DNA of 64,000 nt from Eubacteriales bacterium (lineage in GTDB: Bacteria; Bacillota; Clostridia; Oscillospirales; CAG-272): assembly GCA_045123975.1 (NCBI GenBank), contig JBGVKV010000071.1, forward strand, positions 15-64,014, in the 5' to 3' direction. Shown here piece after piece: positions 20,380-27,342 of this stretch (position 1 is the first letter of the stretch; every line of letters starts with the position of its first letter). A program made the translations under genes and the position numbers. The notes below the pieces were generated by a model. The model was not told where the DNA came from, did no database searches, and was given only the letters and a program-made list of their open reading frames with translations.

Positions 20380-20488
20380 GTTATGACCGCCGGTGGCGAG
20401 TTGACAAGTGGGCGATCATTTCCTGTACGATCTGTGTGGGAAAGTTAAAATTTGTCCGGATAATTTTCAACTAACAAAAGGAATCAGT

Positions 20489-21226
20489 ATGGAACACCTT
20501 TCTATATACGACGAGATCCTCCGCCGCTATGCGGAGTGCGAATCCGTACCTGCGGCCTATCGCACCGAGGAAATCGGCCGCCGCATGGCCGTCATCGCCG
20601 AGCAGCTTCTCATCGACAACGCCAAATTCAATCTGACCGCCATCACCGACGAGGCGGAGATCTTCCACAAGCACATTCTGGATTCCGTTCTGTGCGCCGC
20701 CGCCCTTGGCGCGGTGGAGGACGGATCTCTGCTCGACGTGGGCAGCGGAGCGGGATTTCCCTCCCTTCCCATTGCGGCGGCACGGCCCGATCTGCGCGTT
20801 ACCGCCATGGACGCCACAGCGAAAAAATGCATGCACATGAACGATACCGCCGCCGCCGGGGAAATTTCCAATTTCCTGGCCGTGTCCGGACGGGCCGAGG
20901 ATTTCTCAAAAACCGCCCTCTATCGGGAAAGTTTTGACTTTGTCACCGCCCGCGCGGTGGCAAGACTGCCCATTCTTTTGGAATTGTGCCTGCCTTTTGT
21001 ACGGGTTGGCGGCTGCTTTATCGCCATGAAGGGCAAATCCGCCCCCGAGGAATTGGCAGATTCCAGGAAATGTTTACAGAAACTGGGAGGAAAAGTGGAA
21101 AACTCTCAGGAGTATTTCGTGCCCGGTGATGAAAATCCCCGCTATCTGCTCACGATCCGCAAAATTTCCCCCACACCTGCCGCGTATCCGCGGCAATATG
21201 CACAGATTGCAAAAAAGCCCCTCTGA
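20489..21226 (+). CDS. rsmG: 16S rRNA (guanine527-N7)-methyltransferase RsmG
   Basis: Trimmed to the ATG at 20489. SAM motif LLDVGSGAGFPSLPIA. Follows mnmG. Confidence 0.85.
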   Translation: MEHLSIYDEILRRYAECESVPAAYRTEEIGRRMAVIAEQLLIDNAKFNLTAITDEAEIFHKHILDSVLCAAALGAVEDGSLLDVGSGAGFPSLPIAAARPDLRVTAMDATAKKCMHMNDTAAAGEISNFLAVSGRAEDFSKTALYRESFDFVTARAVARLPILLELCLPFVRVGGCFIAMKGKSAPEELADSRKCLQKLGGKVENSQEYFVPGDENPRYLLTIRKISPTPAAYPRQYAQIAKKPL

Positions 21227-21382
21227 TAGTCCTTACCTGTCATTGCCGAACCCACGGCGACGGAATAAAATGATTTCGGCCCGCGCAAAGCGAAACATTT
21301 TCCCATTCTCCCTGTGCTACAATATTTCCGCTGACAATTCCCCGAGGAAATGCAGAAGGAAAATTGTAAAGGAGATAGGAAA

Positions 21383-22336
21383 ATGTTTTTTTATTCCACG
21401 GAAAATACGCAGAATGAATCTTCACTGGGTCTGCCCCGATACGCTTCGACAAAAACCGACAAAATGATCCGTTTCGGGCGCCAGCAGAGGGGGATTCCCG
21501 AGGGCGCCGCCATCAAACTGCTGCCCTTGGCAGATATTTCTCCCAATCCCAGCCAGCCCCGACGATTCTTTGAGGCAGAAGCCATCGCTTCCCTGGCGGA
21601 CAGCATCCGCCAGTACGGAATCATCCAGCCCTTGACGGTGCGGCATTTGATCCACGGAGACAAATACGAGCTGATCGCCGGAGAACGGCGGCTCCGCGCT
21701 GCGGCGCTGATCGGCATGGAGACTGTTCCCTGCGTGATTCTGGAAACGGACGAGACGGAATCCGCCGCATTGGCCATTATTGAGAATCTGCAGCGGGAAA
21801 ACCTGAACATATTCGAGCAGGCGGAGGCCATATCCTCCCTGATCCGCATGTACGAGCTGACACAGGAGGATATCGCGCGGAAATTGTCCGTCAGCCAATC
21901 CTTTGTGGCCAATAAACTGCGGCTATTGCGGTATTCGCCCGAGGAGAGGACGCTGATTCTGTCCTCCGCTTTGACGGAGCGGCACGCACGTGCCCTTCTG
22001 CGCCTTTCCGGTGAGGACAGGCATGCCGCCCTGCGGCAGGTGATTGAGAATCACTGGAACGTGGCGGAAACGGAGGAATACGTGGAAGACGTGCTGCACC
22101 CCAAGGAGGAAAAGGCGCAAAAGGATCCGGAAATGCCCAAGATGCGGCAAAAATGGGTGGTGCGTGACGTGCGGCTGTTCGTTAACTCCATCCACCACGC
22201 GGTGGACGTGATGCGGCAGGCCGGAATCCATGCGGTAACCTCCCGCACAGACACGGAGGAGGAATTGGAGATTCGGATACGGATCCCGAAAAAATCGAAT
22301 GTTTCACGTGAAACAATGACGGTCGGCGCGAAATAA
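21383..22336 (+). CDS. ParB/Noc-like partition-family protein (first ParB paralog)
   Basis: ATG at 21383 with an AAAGGAG RBS. ISPNPSQPRR, IAGERRLRAA and an HTH are present. It occupies the rsmG-noc-soj-spo0J slot. The 3' end contains parS. Confidence 0.8.
   Translation: MFFYSTENTQNESSLGLPRYASTKTDKMIRFGRQQRGIPEGAAIKLLPLADISPNPSQPRRFFEAEAIASLADSIRQYGIIQPLTVRHLIHGDKYELIAGERRLRAAALIGMETVPCVILETDETESAALAIIENLQRENLNIFEQAEAISSLIRMYELTQEDIARKLSVSQSFVANKLRLLRYSPEERTLILSSALTERHARALLRLSGEDRHAALRQVIENHWNVAETEEYVEDVLHPKEEKAQKDPEMPKMRQKWVVRDVRLFVNSIHHAVDVMRQAGIHAVTSRTDTEEELEIRIRIPKKSNVSRETMTVGAK
22300..22315. promoter_or_regulatory. parS site (perfect palindrome TGTTTCACGTGAAACA)
   Basis: 16/16 palindrome. 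It differs from the Bacillus consensus TGTTCCACGTGAAACA only by being fully symmetric. It lies in the last codons of the ParB-like gene. Confidence 0.85.
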
Positions 22337-22347
22337 TGTAAAAAGAT

Positions 22348-22363
22348 TGTTTCACGTGAAACA
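22348..22363. promoter_or_regulatory. parS site (second identical copy)
   Basis: Identical TGTTTCACGTGAAACA, 48 bp (centre to centre) from the first copy and just after the stop codon. Confidence 0.85.
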
Positions 22364-22473
22364 ATCCGTTGAAATCGCACCAAAAGCATATAGCACACCT
22401 ATATATGCTTGCCGCTTTTTCTTTGGAACCGCAAGCGCAAAGAAAAAGCTAACAAAAAGAAACGCGGTCGCTT

Positions 22474-22525
22474 GGGCTACGCGCCCAAACCGCGCCACCT
22501 CCCCAAAAAGGTGGACGAAAACCTA
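22474..22525 (+). repeat. dispersed repeat, module X copy
   Basis: TTGGGCTACGCGCCCAAACCGCGCCACCTCCCCAAAAAGGTGGACGAAAAC. Confidence 0.8.
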
Positions 22526-22562
22526 CAGAAAACTGTAAAATCGCATTATTTACATTCTCGCC

Positions 22563-22591
22563 TTGATTTCCCGGCACAAAAATGCTATACT
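22563..22591 (+). promoter_or_regulatory. sigma-A type promoter of parA (TTGATT-17-TATACT, TG-extended)
   Basis: TTGATT at 22563-22568 and TGCTATACT ending at 22591. Confidence 0.45.
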
Positions 22592-22618
22592 ATATCCATA
22601 AAACCATAGGGGGAAATC

Positions 22619-23389
22619 ATGACACATACGGTTGTAATTGCGTTTGCAAATCAGAAAGGCGGCGTAGGAAAGACCACCTCCGCTGTGAACGTGGCGGCAT
22701 CGGTGGCACAATTGGGCAAAAAAGTTCTGCTTATCGACGCCGATCCCCAGGGAAATGCCTCCAGCGGTGTGGGAATCTCCCGAAAAGGCCTGAAAAAATC
22801 TCTGTACGGGGTTTTGAACGGCGATTATCCCGCGGCGGACGCCGTTGTGGAAACAGAATACAAAAATCTCTCCGTATTGCCCACCACCATCGATCTGGCA
22901 GGCGCGGAGTTCGATCTGATCACCCGGGAACGGCATTTTGCCGCAATGAAAGACGCAATTGAGCCTTTGAAGGGCGTGTACGACGTGATTTTCATCGACT
23001 GTCCCCCCTCCCTCGGCATGCTGACGGTGAACGCACTGTCCGCCTCGGACGGCATCGTGATCCCCATGCAGTGCGAATATTACTCCCTGGAGGGACTTTC
23101 CCAGCTGATGATGACGGTACGGCGGGTGAAAAACCAGTTCAATCCCGCCTTGGGCATTTTGGGTATTCTGATCACCATGTACGACGGACGGCTGAATCTC
23201 AGCGCGCAGGTGCTCACCGAACTGAAGAAATACTACGCCGACAAGCTGTTCCGCACCATGATTCCGCGGAACGTAAAGCTGTCCGAGGCTCCCAGCTTCG
23301 GCGCGCCGGTGTATTATCACGATAAGTACTCCCGGGGCAGTCTGGCCTACATTGACGTGGCAAAAGAGCTTCTGGACCGCATCTTCTGA
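22619..23389 (+). CDS. parA: chromosome partitioning ATPase ParA/Soj
   Basis: Deviant Walker A KGGVGKTT, DADPQGN; 256 aa. Confidence 0.9.
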   Translation: MTHTVVIAFANQKGGVGKTTSAVNVAASVAQLGKKVLLIDADPQGNASSGVGISRKGLKKSLYGVLNGDYPAADAVVETEYKNLSVLPTTIDLAGAEFDLITRERHFAAMKDAIEPLKGVYDVIFIDCPPSLGMLTVNALSASDGIVIPMQCEYYSLEGLSQLMMTVRRVKNQFNPALGILGILITMYDGRLNLSAQVLTELKKYYADKLFRTMIPRNVKLSEAPSFGAPVYYHDKYSRGSLAYIDVAKELLDRIF

Positions 23390-23405
23390 CGAGAAAGGAT
23401 ATAGT

Positions 23406-24290
23406 ATGGCAAAAAAAATGAGTTTGGGCCGAGGACTGGACAGTATTTTCGGCGATAATGAGATAGAAACCAAGGATTCCCAGGTACAAAAGGTACGGAT
23501 CGGCATGATCGAGCCCAAGGCGGATCAGCCCCGACAGCATTTCGATAACGAGGCACTCTCCCAGTTGGCGGATTCCATCGCCATCCACGGCGTGCTCCAG
23601 CCCATTCTGGTGCGTCCGTCCTCCCGCGCGGGATTTTATCAGATCATCGCCGGTGAGCGCCGTTGGCGCGCTTCCAAGCTGGCGGGACTTTCCGAGGTGC
23701 CCGTGATCGTGGTGGATGCGGATGAACTGCAGACCGCCCAGTTCGCGCTGATCGAGAATCTGCAGAGAGAAGATCTGGACGCATGGGAAGAAGGCGCGGC
23801 CTACAGCCGCCTGATGCGGGATTTCGGCCTGACGCAGGAGGAAGTATCCGTGAAGTTGGGCAAGAGCCGCAGTGCGGTAGCCAATTCTCTCCGTCTGCTG
23901 GATCTGCCGGAGGAAGTGGTGGAACTGCTTCGCTCCAAGCAGCTGAGTGCCGGTCACTGCCGCGCTCTGTTGGGACTCAGGGATAAAGAACAGATGTTCG
24001 CACTGGCCAATCGGGCGGTGCTGCGGAATCTCTCCGTGAGAGAGGTGGAGGCTGCCGTCAAGGCCGCCAACCGGACCGCCACCGTGCTGCACACCCCGCC
24101 GGAGATCGACTCGGGCGTACACGTAGACTATCTGGCAGAGCTGGAAAAGCGGGCTACGTCCATGATCGGCCGCCGGGTAGCTATCCAGTCCGGCAAACGG
24201 AAGAAGATCCTGACGGTGGAATACCAGACCAACGAGGATCTGGAGGAGCTTCTCGTGAAGCTCTGCGGTAACGAGATCATCGAGCAGTAA
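23406..24290 (+). CDS. parB: chromosome partitioning protein ParB/Spo0J
   Basis: Trimmed to the ATG at 23406. MAKKMSLGRGLDSIFG, QPRQHF, IAGERRWRASKLAG; 294 aa. Confidence 0.9.
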   Translation: MAKKMSLGRGLDSIFGDNEIETKDSQVQKVRIGMIEPKADQPRQHFDNEALSQLADSIAIHGVLQPILVRPSSRAGFYQIIAGERRWRASKLAGLSEVPVIVVDADELQTAQFALIENLQREDLDAWEEGAAYSRLMRDFGLTQEEVSVKLGKSRSAVANSLRLLDLPEEVVELLRSKQLSAGHCRALLGLRDKEQMFALANRAVLRNLSVREVEAAVKAANRTATVLHTPPEIDSGVHVDYLAELEKRATSMIGRRVAIQSGKRKKILTVEYQTNEDLEELLVKLCGNEIIEQ

Positions 24291-24300
24291 AGGACAGAAT

Positions 24301-24870
24301 ATGAGCGGATTATATATCTTAACGTCGGATCTGATGTACGAATTGGGGGAGTTGAACCCCCTTATGTCCCTGGAGGTGATCGTATGGTGCCTGTGCGGCG
24401 GCTTGATTCTGGGCGCGCTGGGCTCCTATTTCACCCGCCGGGATGCGTCCATCCTCATCCATAAGCTGATCGAGGGAGAATATTTCACTCCCGATCGTGC
24501 CATCACCCTGGAGGAGTTGGGACTGGCCGCCAATCTGCCCCTGCGGCTGTCTCTGCGGACGGGAAAGCCCCTCCGCCGGCTCCTCACTTGCGTGAATGAG
24601 GAAGAATTTCCAAAGAAAAAATGCTCCTTTTCCCGCCGCTTCTTCACGGGCGAGGGGGAGATTGTACAAACCGATTTCAAAACCGCCCGTTTTTATCTCC
24701 CCGAGGAGATGAAATACCGGGCCGAGACCCGCTACAACGTGAAAAACGTGACCCCGCTGGATCTGCTTCTGTCCGTGATCATCCTGATCGCGGCCGGCTT
24801 TGTGGCTATCTACGCGGCTCCCAAGCTGGTGGAGTTCCTCGGCGGATTTCTTTCATCCTTTTCATCCTAA
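24301..24870 (+). CDS. hypothetical membrane protein (one N-terminal and one C-terminal TM helix)
   Basis: AAAGGA RBS, 189 aa. Hydrophobic segments VIVWCLCGGLILGALGSYF and LLLSVIILIAAGFVAIYAAP. No family recognised. Confidence 0.5.
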   Translation: MSGLYILTSDLMYELGELNPLMSLEVIVWCLCGGLILGALGSYFTRRDASILIHKLIEGEYFTPDRAITLEELGLAANLPLRLSLRTGKPLRRLLTCVNEEEFPKKKCSFSRRFFTGEGEIVQTDFKTARFYLPEEMKYRAETRYNVKNVTPLDLLLSVIILIAAGFVAIYAAPKLVEFLGGFLSSFSS

Positions 24871-24882
24871 AGGAGGATAGTT

Positions 24883-25701
24883 ATGAACAGAACGTATAGA
24901 AAGCATCGCAGCACCGCGTCCATTCTCCTCACCATCACCGCCATCGCTTTGGCGGTACTGATCGCGGCGGCCGCCTTCATCTATTTTGCGGGCATCCGCT
25001 ATATCCGCTACAACTATGAGGACGGATACGTAAAATATTTCGGTCGGGTGGATGACAACGGCGATCCCCTCTCCGGTGCGCTGGTATACGAATCCGGCGT
25101 GCGGGCCAAGGTGAATCTGGAAAAGACGGAGATCTCCTACTCCAACGGCGATCTGTACGAGGGTCCCCTGAAGAATCTGCGCCGTCACGGCTATGGCCGT
25201 CTGATCTACAAAAACGGCGACGTATACGAGGGCGAATTTGCGGAGGATAAAATTTCCGGCACGGGCAAATACTCCTTCGTCAGCGGCGACGTGTACGAAG
25301 GCCAGTTCAAAAACGGACTGATGGACGGCACGGGCACTTATACCTGGCAGAACGGAAGCGTCTACACCGGCGGATTCCGTGAGGGAAAGAAGGACGGCGA
25401 AGGCACTTTCGTGTGGAACTACGGCGATCGGTACGAGGGAAGCTACCGTATGGATCAGAAATCCGGTTACGGCGTGTACACCTGGAAAAACGGCGACACC
25501 TACGCGGGTGAGTACGCGGAGGATGTCCGCAGCGGTCAGGGTGTGTACACCTGGGCCAACGGGGAAAAGTACGAGGGCTCCTTCAAGAACAACGTCATGT
25601 GGGGTGAGGGCACCTATACATGGCCCTCCGGCCGTGTGTACACGGGATATTTTGAAAACGGCGTCATCGTCCGCGTTGTGGGCGAGGAAGATACCGAATA
25701 A
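24883..25701 (+). CDS. membrane-anchored MORN-repeat protein
   Basis: AGGAGG RBS. An N-terminal TM helix is followed by 8 or more tandem ~23-aa MORN units (Y.G....G...G.G.Y....G). Confidence 0.8.
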   Translation: MNRTYRKHRSTASILLTITAIALAVLIAAAAFIYFAGIRYIRYNYEDGYVKYFGRVDDNGDPLSGALVYESGVRAKVNLEKTEISYSNGDLYEGPLKNLRRHGYGRLIYKNGDVYEGEFAEDKISGTGKYSFVSGDVYEGQFKNGLMDGTGTYTWQNGSVYTGGFREGKKDGEGTFVWNYGDRYEGSYRMDQKSGYGVYTWKNGDTYAGEYAEDVRSGQGVYTWANGEKYEGSFKNNVMWGEGTYTWPSGRVYTGYFENGVIVRVVGEEDTE

Positions 25702-25710
25702 ACAAAGAAA

Positions 25711-25744
25711 AACACCGCAGGAATGGCGGGTTCTCATAAGGAAG
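25711..25744 (+). repeat. left inverted arm of the AT-rich cassette
   Basis: AACACCGCAGGAATGGCGGGTTCTCATAAGGAAG compared with the reverse complement of 26733-26767, AACACCGCAGGATTAGGCTCGTTCTCATAAGGATG. Confidence 0.75.
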
Positions 25745-25758
25745 TTTGATATTGTTTT

Positions 25759-25806
25759 GTAGGGGCGTTCATCGAACGCCCGCGGGCGACCAATGGTCGC
25801 CCCTAC
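25759..25806. repeat. GTAG-type REP doublet (head-to-head)
   Basis: GTAGGGGCGTTCATCGAACGCCC (25759-25781, +) and GGGCGACCAATGGTCGCCCCTAC (25784-25806, -). Confidence 0.85.
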
Positions 25807-25841
25807 GGATAAACAAATCTGATCCGCAGAAAACAAAGATT

Positions 25842-25875
25842 AACCCCGACAGATTTTTGAATGTCTGTCGGGGTT
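25842..25875 (-). terminator. cassette terminator hairpin, CCCCGACAGA family
   Basis: AACCCCGACAGA-loop-TCTGTCGGGGTT, T-rich downstream on the minus strand. The same stem is present at 54885 and 63777. Confidence 0.65.
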
Positions 25876-25880
25876 AAGTA

Positions 25881-26378
25881 TTAATTCAATGAAATGCCCT
25901 CTGCATTGATTCGAATTGAGTAAAACAAATTAAAAACTTCCTCTTTAGGATTTAACGTGCGATACATATTTATCAATCTTCTTTTTCCAACTCTTCGATC
26001 AAGTATGGCGAAAATACGAACAATCATGTTTTCACTGTTCATACTTTCCTCAATGCTTTGATTGTCAAATTCTTCAAAAGCTTGATAGAAGGTATGCGGA
26101 CTGAATATGCCTAATTTTAGTGCTGTATCGTCCATATATGCGTAATTTTCTGTCATTCGCTTTTCGTATGTTTCATTATGTGGAAATAAGTGAGCTTTGC
26201 TCCAGTTGTTCCAGTAGCAACCGCTGATCAATTCTTTGCCATCTAACCGTATGGATGCTCTGCCGTGATGGTCAGGACTTTTGCTGTAAGAAGTGCAATA
26301 ATACTGAATATGTCCTCGTAATGATTCTGCAAGATACTCGTTTTCAAGTTTATGCCTAATACCGCTCCAAGTTGACAT
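25881..26378 (-). CDS. hypothetical protein (AT-rich cassette cargo)
   Basis: Start is the ATG at 26378 (GGAGG 6 nt upstream), 165 aa. GC is far below the flanks. The tail ...IFAILDRRVGKRRLINMY recalls a widespread uncharacterised family, but that is memory only. Confidence 0.6.
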   Translation of the reverse strand: MSTWSGIRHKLENEYLAESLRGHIQYYCTSYSKSPDHHGRASIRLDGKELISGCYWNNWSKAHLFPHNETYEKRMTENYAYMDDTALKLGIFSPHTFYQAFEEFDNQSIEESMNSENMIVRIFAILDRRVGKRRLINMYRTLNPKEEVFNLFYSIRINAEGISLN

Positions 26379-26395
26379 AGTCATCCTCCTGTTCT

Positions 26396-26425
26396 ATTTA
26401 TCGCCAGTTTCGCCTTTGTATTACA
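26396..26425 (-). other. conserved leader block shared with the cassette at 55263-55292
   Basis: ATTTATCGCCAGTTTCGCCTTTGTATTACA versus ATTTATCGCCGGTTTCGACTTTGTATCACA (27/30 identical), in both cases just 5' of the cargo ORF. Confidence 0.7.
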
Positions 26426-26473
26426 AAGGTACAGGGCTAAGCCCATACCCCTATTGTTGAGCGCATCCAAAGG

Positions 26474-26591
26474 CTCCCTTGTGTAAAGGGAGCTGTCACC
26501 GCAGGTGACTGAGGGATTGTGTTTCGTTGCTCTTTGTTTTTACAATCCCTCCGCCTCACATTCGTTCGGCACCTCCCTTTACACAAGGGAG
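26474..26591. repeat. hairpin-rich 118-bp insert bounded by exact 19-bp inverted repeats
   Basis: CTCCCTTGTGTAAAGGGAG (26474-26492) is the exact reverse complement of CTCCCTTTACACAAGGGAG (26573-26591). Internal hairpins are GTCACC-GCA-GGTGAC and GAGGGATTGT..ACAATCCCTC. The insert is absent from the homologous leader at 55293-55307. Confidence 0.7.
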
Positions 26592-26608
26592 GTTTTTTCG
26601 TTAGTCCC

Positions 26609-26617
26609 ATTATAACA
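26609..26617 (-). promoter_or_regulatory. extended -10 (TGTTATAAT) of cassette promoter
   Basis: The minus strand reads TGTTATAAT. The same 9-mer sits at the equivalent position of the second cassette (55308-55316). Confidence 0.45.
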
Positions 26618-26621
26618 TAAA

Positions 26622-26649
26622 TCGGCAGAGAAAAAAATATCTCTGCCGA
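26622..26649 (+). terminator. boundary hairpin upstream of cassette promoter
   Basis: TCGGCAGAG-AAAAAAATAT-CTCTGCCGA. The counterpart at 55322-55342 is CCGCAGA-AAATCAA-TCTGCGG. Confidence 0.3.
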
Positions 26650-26658
26650 AATCTGTTT

Positions 26659-26727
26659 GTAGGGGCGACCATTGGTCGCCCGTTTTGGTTTTGCGGTTAT
26701 TTGCGGGCGATCAATGATCGCCCCTAC
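26659..26727. repeat. GTAG-type REP doublet (head-to-head, 23-nt spacer)
   Basis: GTAGGGGCGACCATTGGTCGCCC (26659-26681, +) and GGGCGATCAATGATCGCCCCTAC (26705-26727, -). Confidence 0.85.
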
Positions 26728-26732
26728 GATAA

Positions 26733-26767
26733 CATCCTTATGAGAACGAGCCTAATCCTGCGGTGTT
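26733..26767 (-). repeat. right inverted arm of the AT-rich cassette
   Basis: See 25711-25744. Ends 16 bp from the RAYT stop codon. Confidence 0.75.
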
Positions 26768-26782
26768 TTGTTGTGTGGCGGC

Positions 26783-27283
26783 TCATTCTTCGCTGTACAA
26801 CTCGTCGTATTGCCAGCGAACAGGATTTTCACAGATATATCTTACGTGTTTTTCGTAATCCTCCCGATCACGGATAACGTGATCGTAAAAGGATTTTTGC
26901 CAAATGGATTTGCCAATTTGCTTTGAAACGTATCCTTTCAGTTGTTGTACAACCCGTGACACGGTAGGGGCGACCATTGGTCGCCCGTCCTCATCGGCAC
27001 AAACTCTCAACAACAGGTGTATGTGATTGGGCATAATCACATACCAATCCGCCATGAATGCAGGGTATGTAGATGAAATGTTTTGGATTGCCTTGCTTAC
27101 GATTTCACCGCCAGAGGATAATTCTATATTTTCCGGGCGATCAATGATCGCCCCTACATTTTCCCAAAAATAATTTCGCCTGTCCTCGGTACATATTGTA
27201 ATAAAATACGCTCCACAGGAGGAGTAATCATACGTATCTAAACGATTCTTTTTTCTTTTTGGAAATTCGTTTTCCTTTTTCAC
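26783..27283 (-). CDS. REP-associated tyrosine transposase (RAYT; IS200/IS605 Y1 family)
   Basis: GTG start (AAGAGG RBS), 166 aa. HUH motif MPNHIHLLL and the C-terminal WQKSFYDHVIRD...Y..NP Tyr region. AT-rich except for two embedded GC-rich palindromes. Confidence 0.75.
   Translation of the reverse strand: MKKENEFPKRKKNRLDTYDYSSCGAYFITICTEDRRNYFWENVGAIIDRPENIELSSGGEIVSKAIQNISSTYPAFMADWYVIMPNHIHLLLRVCADEDGRPMVAPTVSRVVQQLKGYVSKQIGKSIWQKSFYDHVIRDREDYEKHVRYICENPVRWQYDELYSEE
26964..26986 (+). repeat. REP copy inside the RAYT ORF
   Basis: GTAGGGGCGACCATTGGTCGCCC, 23/23 identical to 26659-26681. Read on the gene strand it encodes DGRPMVAPT. Confidence 0.85.
27135..27157 (-). repeat. REP copy inside the RAYT ORF
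   Basis: GGGCGATCAATGATCGCCCCTAC, 23/23 identical to 26705-26727. On the gene strand GTA GGG GCG ATC ATT GAT CGC CCG encodes VGAIIDRP. Confidence 0.85.
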
Positions 27284-27342
27284 TGCGTACCTCTTATTAC
27301 AAAATCGGCAGGGGATTTCTCCCCTGCCGGAATGTGTGTATT

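Noticed and set aside
25703-26775. Integron-type gene cassettes (attC-bounded) as an explanation for the AT-rich orphan genes.
   Set aside because: There is no integron integrase and no cassette array; the three genes are 29 and 9 kb apart. Each cassette carries its own promoter, unlike integron cassettes. The hairpins behave as intrinsic terminators rather than as attC with R''/L''-L'/R' boxes.
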